DNA from: Mytilus californianus
Lineage: Eukaryota
Assembly (NCBI RefSeq): GCF_021869535.1
Contig: NW_026262679.1
Coordinates: 93,558,001 to 93,622,000, forward strand
Direction: 5' to 3'
Length of the DNA stretch: 64,000 bases
Positions within the stretch are counted from its first letter, which is position 1. The number at the start of each line of letters is the position of its first letter. The notes beneath the pieces are model-generated. The model searched no databases and was not told the DNA's origin. It worked only from the letters and a program-made list of their open reading frames with translations. Positions 37,090-48,640 of this stretch are shown here, one piece after another. A program made the translations under genes and the position numbers.

Positions 37090-37740
37090 TTGGTTATAAC
37101 TTTCTAAAAGTTCATCATTATTGGTATGGTTTTCAATACAAATACTGACTCCTGTTACCTCAAACCATTGATTTTGGCTTGCTCCAGCTTTCATGTTACA
37201 ACAATATTGATAGAGATGATCTAGATTGCTTAACTTTAAAAGTAAACTTTTACCATTACTATGATGTAAGCCAAACTCGTTTCGTGCATGAGAATCAAAC
37301 AAGAGTAAATCTTGATTATGTTTCAAGGCTAAACAAGTAGTAGCATATGCACATATAAAACAAGCATCATAGTCTATTAAAGATTCTTGTAAAGCTTGGT
37401 CTAAAGGTAAAGAATTTCCAAATTCACTAAAATCTATAATTCCCAAGGTATCTATGACAGCTGTTATTGATTCTCTTCTTGAAATTTTCAGGAACTTTCC
37501 TGACATTTCTATAATTTGTGGTAGGTCTAATACAAGGAGATGAATATTATCACCATGAATACGGCTATATATTTTATTTCCGTCATTCAAAACACGATCT
37601 AAATACATCTGATCGCAATCCTTTAAACTTTTAAATTTACTATGGGCAAGAGCTGATAAACAGTTTTTAACACATTGCTTCCCACTATTAATTCCAAATC
37701 TCTTATCTCCTTGGTGAAAACTACCTTGGACTACAAAATT
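37090..37740 (-). pseudogene. Herpesvirus tegument-like deubiquitinase (peptidase C76-like) domain
   Basis: The open frame upstream of the called ATG reads VVQGSFHQGDKRFGINSGKQCVKNCLSAL..DQMYLDRVLNDGNKIY and later LLLFDSHARN. This resembles the QC...DxIL..G...FD(P/S)H pattern of herpes USP domains; recognised by eye only. Confidence 0.7.
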
Positions 37741-38031
37741 CCTATCATCTGATCTATAGCTACTAACCTATATACTGTTTTCAGCTATTGTACCTTTTTT
37801 CTTATGACTTTACATCTTTAACAAATCATTCTCTTTTTCAATTTCTATAATGAAATTAACATTACAATCAAGTTGTGTATTGTCAGTTTAAATAATTACG
37901 CTATTATTTTTATCTTTGAGTTCTCTAAATGTTTTGGTTTTTTTAATGTTCATGTTTTTCATTTTAGCATCGCTTGAAGTATTTCCTATAATTTGAACCA
38001 GATTCGATTGCATCATGCAAATTTAATTTTT

Positions 38032-38979
38032 TCAGTTCACATTTGCCATTAGAATTTGAAAATCCAAACTTGATTCCACTGATTTAGAATCAAGATTTAA
38101 ATCCATTGCTTTAGAATCCAGATTTGATTGTGTTGCTTCATAATCCAGATTTGCTTTAGTTGCTTCAAAATCCAAAATTAAGCTAGTTGCTTTAGAATCC
38201 AGATTTAAATCCATTGCTTTAGAATCCAGATTTAAATCCATTACTCCAGAAACCAGATTTAAATTAATTGCTTCATAATTCAGATTTGATTTAACTAATT
38301 CACTTAATTTGATTGATTTATTTGATTTGATAGATTCATTTAATTTGCATGATTTAGAAGGTTCAATTAATTTGCTTGATTTGTTTAATTTGATATATTC
38401 ATTTGATTTATTCAACTCGATAGATTTGAATACTTCAGTTCCATTAGGACAGTTCAGAGAGATGACACTCTGGTCTTGTTTTATAGGACAATTTAAAGAG
38501 TTGATGCTCTGATCTTGTTTTATTGGACAGTTTAGAGAGATGACACTCTGGTCTTGTTTTATAGGACAGTTTATAGAGTTGACGCTCTGATCTAGTTCTA
38601 TAGGACAGTTTATAGAGTTAACGCTCTTATCTAGTATTATAGGAATGTTTAAAGAGTTGACGCTCTGATCTTGTTTTATAGGACAGTTTATAGAGTTGAC
38701 GCACTTATCTAGTATTATAGGACAGTTTATAGAGTTGATGCTCTGATCTTGTTTTATAGGACAGTTTATAGAGTTGACGCTCTGATCTTGTTTTATAGGA
38801 CAGTTTATAGAGTTGACGCTCTGATCTTGTTCTATAGGACAGTTTAGAGTGGTGACGCTCTGTTTATCTGTACAAAGGAAATCCTGTTCACCAGTCTGCT
38901 TCAATCTTTTCTCCCTTAATTTGTCCCTTTTTTCTTTCCTTTTAGTATCATATTTCTTTCTACCTTTGCGAGTTATTGT
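38032..38979 (-). pseudogene. Helentron N-terminal region: basic segment, 13-aa Cys repeats and 9-aa repeats
   Basis: The frame is open from 38979 (TITRKGRKKYDTKRKEKRDKLREKRLK), followed by about 10 full CPIKQDQSVNS(I/L)N units (39 bp) and LDSKAMDLN-like units (27 bp). Same strand and directly upstream of the C76-like domain. Confidence 0.65.
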
Positions 38980-39689
38980 CTACAACAAAAGAAACAAATT
39001 CAATTAATGTAAAAATAACATGTAGTATGCTTGCAAATGAGACAAAATTTTCACCAAACAATGTAATCTTATAATGGCCTCCAAAAAAGAGCAAAATCCA
39101 TAATGCATAAAATGCACTTACTTGAAAAAATTTAAAACAATTTGAAAAGTTGTGTTTGTCATTAACTGGAAAAAGGAAAAGGAAGTAACTCACTATCAAA
39201 TCCATTCTGACCTGATGTGGCTGTGTATTTATACATTCGACACAACAAAACAGACATCCAACTTTAATATACAAATGGTTTACTGCCAGTCAGTAGAGGA
39301 CCTAAAGTGACTATATTTTCATTCTACAGCCACCTTTGGAGACCATCTGGAGCTATGTGCATCTTCAACAATGGCCCTTTTCCAACATTATAGACTAAAA
39401 TCCATATAGTAATGATTTTTTTCTTGATATTTTTGTTTTGATTTAACAGTCTATATATAAATGTTCAAAAAAGATTGTGGATTTCTCTTACAATCACAGT
39501 ACCCTAAAATATATTATCATCAAAATTTATATAACATGACAACTGTATATTTTTTGGTGTGAGTACTGGGTAGAGAGCATGCCAGATATTTTTTAACTTG
39601 TGAAAACATGTAAAACCTCATCACATGGTGTGGTTAGTTCTTATGAAGCTTAAATCTGCTTTTTAAGAAATTTCAAGAACTCTGTGAAC

Positions 39690-40190
39690 TAGAGGCTCTA
39701 AAGAGCCTGTGTTGCTCACCTAGGTCTATGTGCATATTCAACAAAGGACATTCTCCAACAATGTAGATGAGAATAGAATCTCTATTTTGTTGATCTTTAT
39801 TGCTCATCATTTAGGATGTTTAGTTTCTTTCTATCTTCTTTAGATTTTGCTAAAAAAACAAAAGAGGAGGAACACAATCCTCATTTAAGGGCAATCACTT
39901 CTATAAAGGGTGACAGTTCACTAACTATATCTGAACTTGTTTGTAGATCTTGCCTTGCTGATCAGTTTTGCTATTTAACGTTTCTATTTATATATTTATT
40001 TTCATCATAAAAGGGAAAATCCAAAAAAAATTGATAAAATTCGTTATATAAGGGCAATTACTGCAATAAGGAGTCGCCTGATGATTTCCCTAATATTTTC
40101 ATAATTGAAGATCTTGACTTTCTTGCCATTTTTGATACTTTAAGGTTTGATTTATCTATTATAACTTTCAACATGTTCAAAAAGCACAGG
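39690..40190 (+). repeat. Fragment of another HINE-like family
   Basis: Begins AACTAGAGGCTCTAAAGAGCCTGTG (hairpin AGGCTC/GAGCCT) and contains AAGGGCAAT(C/T)ACT motifs typical of HINE bodies. Confidence 0.4.
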
Positions 40191-42354
40191 CATCTGACGA
40201 TATTTCACTGTTTGAAATTAAGGAAATGGCCTATTCAAATTGTGTTTCTAAATGAAGATAAAATAAATAAAACTGTGCTATCGTTGCGCAAAACAAATTG
40301 TAATCAATTGAATTGAATTTTGTCTTTGCTTGTGGTTTGTTTAGGTGTTCTCATCGATGTCAGCGTTACATATTTATAGATTCTTGACAATATAAGGAAG
40401 ATGGGTAAGTAACAAGACATCTGAAATGGTTTTTGATGCAATTACTTGTGCGCTTTGAAAAACGATAAATCTCCATTTTAGTAAAGCACCAATTTGTCAC
40501 AGAGAGAAAACACATGTTGATCGAAGATGACAAATAAACAAGCAAAAAGAAAATCAACGTTGCTTGATTTCTTTTCAGCCCTCAAAAAGAAAAAGAAGCA
40601 GGTGAACAGAATCACATATATGAATATCAATGGTTGTTGTAACTGACAATTCATTTATATTGATCATATTAATTTTTGGATCTATTCACACTGATATGGT
40701 TGTCAAGTATGTATAATTATTGCTGCAGAGCTCAACGAAAACACACAATATGTCAGTGTAACAAGTTTGCTAAGTATGTATAACCATGGTTCTAAAGTTA
40801 AAATTTTCGTCATTTTGGTTGTAATCTCATTAGTGCTGTTTTTAATCTAGTTTTTTAAAATAATTACTATAAGCCAGATGATGAGATATATGTTAAGCCC
40901 TTTAAACTGATTCGTATAATTTGTTCTTCTGTTTGTACTGTTCCACCACTGTCCTAGGTGCCAGAAAACAAGTTTAGCCACGCCTTACTCTGTATGTGCC
41001 TGTCCCAAGTCAGAAGTTTGTAGTTCAGTGGCTGCCGTTAGTTCAAGTCTGTCATATTTGTTTTTCACAAATTGTTTCGTTATAAATTAGGCTGTAAGTT
41101 TTCTCAATTGCATTGTTTTTATTATTTTTCTCATGTCGGGGCCTTTTTTAGCGGACTATAAGGTATGGGTTTTTCTCAATGTTGAAGGTCGTACAGTTAA
41201 GTCCTAAAATTGCTTACATACAATTCTTCCGAACTTTTGTGGATAATTGTCTCATTGACAATCATACCACATCTCCTTAATTTTATATATAAACTTACCA
41301 CAATGTTAATTCTATCACAAAATAAATGTGATCTTCAGAACAGCTATTATGGTCAGCAACTAACACTATCAAAAACCTCTTTCACACCTACAAGTCAAAA
41401 ATAAAATATGCCTGTAAAAAGAAGCATCATTACACATGTTACATATGCAATGTATGTAAATGTTTGTTTTTTTTTTAATTAGTGTGACCAACTCCCTTTT
41501 ATCCCATTCATTTCTTTTCAAAAACAATATAAACTTTTTGGTTAATGGATTATAATAGGTAAGCACTTTTTAATATTGTTTTGCCCAATCTTAAACAGAC
41601 ATGTATCACTTACATGTACCACAAAAACAGACAGATATGGGCCGGCTCTGGTGTATACTTGGAGGGCCTGTCAAAGCCAGTATGTCCTTCCAATACAAAT
41701 TCTTGTACTGACAAGAGTTTTATTTTTAACTATTTAATAAATATCAATGAACAGTTGTAGCAGTTGATGTAAATACTTTTTTTTGTTTAATATTCTCAAA
41801 AATGACATGCTTTTTTGTAATAAGGAATTCCTATGGGTTTATTTTAACACTTTATACTAACACATTTTGTACAAAATGTTAAAATAAAGTGGGCTATTTA
41901 CAATCGTTTAAGCGACACATATGTTTGAGGCATAGTTTAACCTCCAAACTTTTTTTTAACGATGGTCCGGAAAAGATAACTATTGTCATGATTGTTAAGA
42001 ATAAAAATATTCAAAAGTAAGAAAAATCTCTGACTTTAGTCTGCATGAATATCTCAATGTCTGTAGTACATCAACTTACCAAAATGTCAACTATATAAGT
42101 TCCAAAATTAAAGTTTGGAACAGCTATTATGGTCAGCTACAACTGTAACTAAGAGTAAGAACCTCAGTCACTTCAATGAGTCAGTTGAAAACAAATGCCT
42201 GAAAAAAGAAGTACAATGTATAAGTACATATACATTTTGTATATATATGTTACTATCATTTATCTAATTATATATATACAAGATGATCTATCCCCATTTC
42301 AAAATTTCAAAATCAATTGTATTTCCAAACATTCTTGATAGACTACATGTATAT

Positions 42355-42563
42355 GAGGATCTGAATGGGTGTCTTACAGTTCTGTTTTCTTTAATGTTTT
42401 AGGTTATTTTTCTGTATTATTTATATTTTTTGTCCATTATTCTTTATTGTTTATATTTAAGCACTCCATTAATAACTATTATCTTTTTTTGCCCTTTATT
42501 TTCTATTTTTTATTTTTTTTTTTGCCATTTATTCTCTATTCTGTAAACCCAATGCAAACCCTC
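42355..42563. repeat. MITE-like repeat (same family as 51-245)
   Basis: GAGGATCTGAATGGG...CCCAATGCAAACCCTC ends and a T-rich TTCTCTATTCTG body. Confidence 0.6.
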
Positions 42564-42635
42564 CTATATCAACAAAATTAAGACTTATTAGATACATGTA
42601 TTAATATAAATAAGACCCATATCATGTTATAAAGA

Positions 42636-42850
42636 GAGGAGCCTTGGTGGTCGAGTAGTCTAAAAAGTTAAACAACTGTATCAGTGGCCTATCACCACGA
42701 TCACTGAGGTTGTTGTTTCAAATCCTGCACAGTGCATTGACTAAGATTGTCAATTTTCATACTGATGTTGGTGGTTCTTTCTGGGCATTCTAGCTTCCTC
42801 CACCAATAAACACAGTTATAGTGCTGAAAGTGGCATTAAACATCAATCAT
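42636..42850 (+). mobile_element. Degenerate tRNA-derived SINE (V/Meta-like core)
   Basis: A-box-like TGGTCGAGTAGTCTA, B-box-like GTTTCAAATCC, core GGTGGTTCTTTCTGGGCATTCTAGCTTCCTCCACC, tail GAAAGTGGCATTAAACATCAATCA. Confidence 0.65.
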
Positions 42851-43967
42851 GTTTATTAAAAGAAGTAGGAGTACATTTGTACTTAGGACAAATTTTATAT
42901 CACACCAGGGGCCTATGATTTCTAAATGTTTTGCATGTTTACTAAATTTTAACAGTAAATAAGTTTCCATTATGTACAGTTCTGCAAAATGTATAGTTTT
43001 GTCCCCATGGTGCTTGTCTGGGTTTTTTAAATTGTGGATATATGACTATTGGCATTTTTCTAAAGTTTTGGCATATAAATAAAAGTTAATTAACACTGCA
43101 AAATTAAACCATGATTGTCTAAGTTCTCAAGAGACCATGAAAGGCTGAGACCCTGTGACCATCTTTTTAAAATGTTTGATAATACATGTATGTTTGGCAT
43201 TGCACATGTACACATGTATCTTTAGGTTGGACCATTTTGAAACTCTGGTCAGACCCATTTAAGGACCCTTCCTATGGTCTGCATCATTTGCCCTAGACAT
43301 TTAAAACTATTTTAACAAATGTTCTCATGTTTCCTGATATATCGTGGTGTTTAAGGTTTTTCCTCAACTTTATTCTGGACAAAAACACCTGTATACCAAA
43401 GCAATACACCTTATAACACTATTCAGTCCAATGTGGGAAAAACAGTTACTTAAACAACTACCTGTTTTATCTAATTAAATAATTACATTATTTTCTAAAT
43501 GGATTTTTAATAATGTGCACAAGACAACATAAAAAAAAATAAAACATACAAAAATGAATGTCCGAAATGGGAGACTGATTTCTGTTATACTTAAAACAAT
43601 GAGTTTAGTTTTGAAATTTAAAATAATGTAATCATATAATGATTAATTTCAAAATTTAGGAAGATTGTTGATTGCTTATTGTCATTTCTTTGGTGAACAT
43701 AATTTTTATAATAATTATGATTTTGTCAAGAAAATGTAAAGGAAATACAAAACAAAATCGCTTAAAACACAGCACCCAATCTGAGACTACTATAACACTG
43801 TGTATTAGTAACTCTCAGTTTCAAGCAGATACTAGTCAGGATCTTTACTGACTCTTGCAAACTTATAGTTTAGTACATAATAAATACTAGAAAATTATAT
43901 TTATGTTATAACTATGAATTAATACTTGTTGTATCATTATATTTTATGTTATAACCACAATTAATGG

Positions 43968-44364
43968 AATAAGCATTCTGTGAGTATTGCATGGCAATAC
44001 ATAGTCCCCTATTGGTTAAAAATATTCATTGTATTGGAACAAACTTCTACTTTGATCTATAACTTGTCATGATATAAACTATATAACAAATATCAGTGTT
44101 GAAAACTGATTATTTAAGTGAATTTTCTAAGTCCAAGGACCATAACTCTGCACAAAATTATCAGACTAGAACAAAATTAGAACTTGATCTGTAACTTGTC
44201 ATGATATAACAATACACCAATTATCAAATCAATACCTTCAAGCATGAAGAAAAAAAGTGTAGAAAACTGATTTGCTGGACTGACGGATAGACAAACAGAC
44301 AAGACAGACAGACAGATTGCAAACCTTAAGTCCCCTTCGCCTTCGTCGGTAGGGGACTAATAAA
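43968..44364 (+). mobile_element. Short DINE-1/pearl-type non-autonomous element
   Basis: 5' palindrome GTATTGCATGGCAATAC plus subTIR TAGTCCCCT, internal repeated GAACTTGATCT(A/G)TAACTTGTCATGATATA, (GACA)n microsatellite and 3' hairpin AGTCCCCT..AGGGGACT. Confidence 0.75.
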
Positions 44365-45959
44365 TACTTAAAGTATGGACAATACGTCTTTACAAGGAAT
44401 GGCCGATATGGTAGTATAGCCCACACATCCTATGGACGTCGTGGAAATCTGGCTGTTGCGACTCGAAATAGTGTTTCCTGCAACTATTAAAAAGGGCCGG
44501 GATTTTTTTTCACAGAGGGCACTCTTAGCGCGATTGGCTACACTTTAATGGGACTCTTTACATAGATATTCAGGCACTGTTATGAATATGGATTTTATTG
44601 AATAAACAAGGTACCACCTTTTCATATATTTATTCATAAGAAATAAAGATATGTATATTAGGTTGTTAATTTAATTCCTTTTTGTAATATAAAATGATCA
44701 CTCAGAATAAGACTCAGCTAATAGAACCTGAGCAATTTATTGTACAACTCTGTCATTTCAATCAGTAACTCCAGTTATAAACTTTAATACATGTAAGATT
44801 GGATCAATGAGACCGAATGTCTAAGGATGTGTTGTGAAAGTGGACTTGCATTGCATTATAGATGTACAACAATGTACAAATGAAGTGCCATATAACTTTT
44901 GGATCTCACATTTTTGTAACATTTAAGCTGCATGTCAGACTCAAAACAATAAACTGTACAAATAGTTTTATGCTATTCAAAGATAGCAAGACTTACTATA
45001 CATATTCTTGTGCTATTCATCTTTTTTCAATCTAATTCTGTGTTTTTTTGTTTTTTCTTATTATTGAAACATTGTTTTTTTTTTTAAACTTTTCAAAACT
45101 ACATCAGCTTTATTCTCAACTTTAATTTTATTCAGATAAACAACAGTATAAAAGCTGTCGTAAATTCACACCCAATCTGACGTCTCAACCGACTGAATAC
45201 CGGTAATTTAAATGAAAAAAATAAACAAATATTGGACATGTTGGATTGTTTACGTAATCAGTGGTAATTTTCATCCCATATATCGTAAATTTGTAACTCA
45301 AGTGACAGCCTGTTTCCCTTTTAAATTGTCTACATTTTTAATTCGTAGAGGTACAAATCGATGTTGTCCTTCAAAGTGTCAATCATGAACCGTATTTGTA
45401 CTCAGTCGCTAAAAAACTGTTTACCTAATTACAAAATTCAATAAAAGGTCAGCCATTAAAAATTTTATTTTGTTTAAAGAAATAACTTGAATTGGTTTTG
45501 CTAAAAGATTAATTGCAGAAGTTGAGATCCCATATCAAATTATGGCAGCACTTGTTCTCAGATACATGTGTACGATGAAAAATGGGCATGGCACATTTTT
45601 TTTATGAATATATTTTATACAAATCGAGTGAATATATTTTTTCAGAGTTTAGTATGATGTCCATTATCACTGAACTAGTACACATTTTTGTTTAGGGGCC
45701 ATCTGAAGCACGCCTTCGGTGCGGGATTTTCTCGCTATGTTGAAGACCCATTGGTGGCCTTCGGCTGTTTTCTACCCTTTGGTCGGGTTGTTGTCTCTTT
45801 AACAGGTTGGGAACAACCCCCCAAATGAGGGATATCCCTTAAATGAGGGACTGTCCCTCAGACAAGGGGTCATTTTACTGTTGTAGAAAAGAAAAAAGAA
45901 AAACATTATATAACATACATTTTTTAACTTATGGTTCATCATAACCTTTTTGATAATAT

Positions 45960-46472
45960 GGCCGTATTTACACCACAAATTTTACTCTGAGTACAGACAA
46001 ACTGTGCACCTGGATAAGTTTTATGGCATGGCAGGAACTAGATAATTAAATTTTAAATGCATTTTATGTTTCAGAAAACTAGAAACTTTTCTGGATTTTG
46101 CTTTTCATTTATTTCATTCCTGTAGAAGGTGCCAAAATAAACTAAGTTGGGAAAGATATTTGAGAAGCTCCCCTCATATAATAAATGTTATGAGTAGTAT
46201 TGATTTAAATGGACAATAGACATCTGCAAACAATAGGTGATTTAAACTGTGTAACTGAGTAGACCGTATCAAATGAAACTCATGTGTTTGTTTATTTTGC
46301 TATCTTCTGCAGACTGGAAAAAATGCACATAAAAATCCAGGTAAGTTTTTAAAGTTCTGAAACATATACTACATACAACTTTTATATATCTAGGTCCTGC
46401 CATGCCTTAAAACTTTCCTAGATGCATCAGTTTGTCTGTACTCATAGTAGATTTTGAGGTGTAAACATGGCC
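45960..46472. repeat. Foldback segment with long imperfect inverted arms (second copy ~49269-49780)
   Basis: GGCCGTATTTACACC..GAGTACAGACAAACTG..GGCATGGCAGGAACTAGATA is matched in reverse at 46385-46472. Confidence 0.8.
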
Positions 46473-47430
46473 ATATTTTTAAATCAGGGGTTCAAATTAG
46501 CGGTGGTCCGAGGTCCACGACCTTGGATTTAAGGGTTAGGACCGTCCCACCGATAGTGAGGTACACCCGGCCGACATTCGTATTTTTGCAGGTTAAAAAG
46601 CTACAAAAGCATTTTGAACAAAAATATATGAAATCAAGAATAAAAATAATCTTGAAATATGCAACTTTACCGAAAGGAAACTTAAATGTATTTGATTAAA
46701 TTCTTCACAAATGAATTGATGTGTAGTCATGTGACCGGTCGTCGCACAAGATCCCGGGAAAATCGAGGATATAATATTAAACATAACCAGTAAACGGTAT
46801 GAGTCTGTTAAATTTTGGAGTGACCCCTTTCAAGAGAAAACTTGATGAAACAAGAGACACAAAGGGGGTGATTGGTGAAATAGGGGATACAAGGGGGTGA
46901 TTGATGAAACGGCTTACCACAGCCCGATAGACAGGATCTGACTAAAGACCAAAAATATGACAGGGAAAAACAAGAACGTAAATGTTTCCCACTAACAGTG
47001 AAAGGGAAAGTGCCTTGGTTCATTGGACAACAAAAATTTAAACTTGACCCCATAAAAAATCATGATGAAAAATAACCACCCAGCATCTATGTATCTTTCC
47101 AAAAAAAAAGGTGGTTGTAACTTGTAAGAAACTGGCCCCTAGTTTGAAAACGAAGTCGAGCTGTTAACTGACACAAAGTTAGGCTAGTGTTGTTAAGCAG
47201 CAATTGAAACCAAACCAATTATAAAGGTACAAAGTGTTTTTTAACATGAAGCATATAGTGTTGGAAAAAGGGGAAGCCTTTTTCTGACTGACTTTATTTA
47301 AGAAATTCAGAAAGACATGCGGTTAATGTAGTAAGATATGATGTGTGTTTTGTTATGGTAAGCATTTTCTATTTTTATCAATTGAATTTTCAAAACAAAA
47401 TGGACCTTCTAAGAATAATGGAGGACCTTT

Positions 47431-48640
47431 GAAAGAGGGACGAAACATACCAGAGGGACAGTCAAACACATAGATCGAAAACAAACTGACAACGCCATGG
47501 CTAAAAATAAAAAGACAAACAGACAAATAATAGTACAGATGACACAACATAGAAAACTAAAGACTAAGCAACACGAACCCCACCAAAAACTGGGGGTGAT
47601 CTCAGGTGCTCCGGAAGGGTAAGCAGATCCTGCTCCACATGTGGCACCCGTCGTGTTGCTTATGTTATTACAAATCCGGTAAATAGTCTAATTCGGAAAG
47701 TCACATTCGTGAAAAGGGAAGGGTATTGTAGTTACGACATAAGGAACATATCCGATATCATCTGTGAAACGGTTATTCCATAACGGTCAACCAACTCGTG
47801 ATGGCGTCCGTAAAATTTACGAAGGGATGATTTCAACTTCACCATTTGGAACTCTTGGCTTAATAGCTTCCTTGTGAGCAGCAATCCTCTATCAAGGAAA
47901 TCATGATAGGAAACACAAGCCCGGGAATATCGTATCAATTAGGAGATATATACTCCGTATGCATGCGCTGCTGGAATGTTGCTACATAGAAATGGAAAGT
48001 TCACAATTGAGAAGCTAAAATCATCTCTTTTGTCGTAAAGTTTTGTTTTCAACCTACCCTCATTGTCAATTTCTAGATGTAAGTCAAGATATGAGGCAGA
48101 CTTAACTGTATCTGTAGTATCCTTTATCTCTAGTTCGATGGGATAGATTCGTTCAACATAGTCACCAAATTTTGTATTATTTAGTGAGAAAACATCATAT
48201 ATAGCGGAACGTAGAGTTAAAGGATATTGCTAACTTCTTATCTTTCTTCCTAAGAAGTTCCTGTATGACGTTAGCCTCATAATAATAAAGAAACAAGTCG
48301 GCAAGAAGAGGGGCACAATTGGTTCCCATTGGAATTCCGACAGTCTGTTGAAAAACCAGTCCTCCAAACGTAACAAATATGTTGTCAATCAAGAAATCAA
48401 GCATCTTGATAATGTCAGTTTCAGAGAATTTTTTGTATGAATCAGAGTGATTCTTTACAAAGTAGGATTTATCCCTCCCCAAGACAAGATACTTGTATCT
48501 ACGTTCGCCATTCTTTTTAATTAAACAAAGTAATACCAACTCTTTCAATTTGTCTTTGAGTTTGGAATGGGGAATACTTGTGTAAAGTGTAGAAAAGTCA
48601 AATGTTTTAATACTATTGCAAGATGAGAGAGTCTTAGTTA
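47431..48640 (-). mobile_element. 5'-truncated Penelope-like element, RT domain (copy 1)
   Basis: IKTFDFSTLYTSIPH, QQTVGIPMGTNCAPLLADLFL, FRYI(DD) with a 2-bp deletion, KTKLYDKRDDF, AYGVYISQLIRYSRAC; the ORF ends MFLMS* followed by the 3' tail. Confidence 0.93.

Larger units (their letters stand above)
29158..39205 (-). mobile_element. Helentron (endonuclease-encoding Helitron2), decayed formerly autonomous copy; 5' terminus not located
   Basis: Colinear Rep (HUH), PIF1 helicase and EEP endonuclease motifs across about 15 ORF fragments. The 3' terminus on minus reads GTGGAAAGACCTTCAATTGTTCTCTGAACAAATGGTTTTTAATT (29158-29200). Confidence 0.92.

Noticed and set aside
40345-40410. Plus-strand AG...GGTAAGT exon-like segment
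   Set aside because: Stops in all three frames and no supporting paralogue or neighbouring exon.
44370-44560. GC-richer patch as a possible snRNA/tRNA or coding exon
   Set aside because: No cloverleaf, Sm site or Pol III boxes could be identified, and the short open frame has no recognisable motif.
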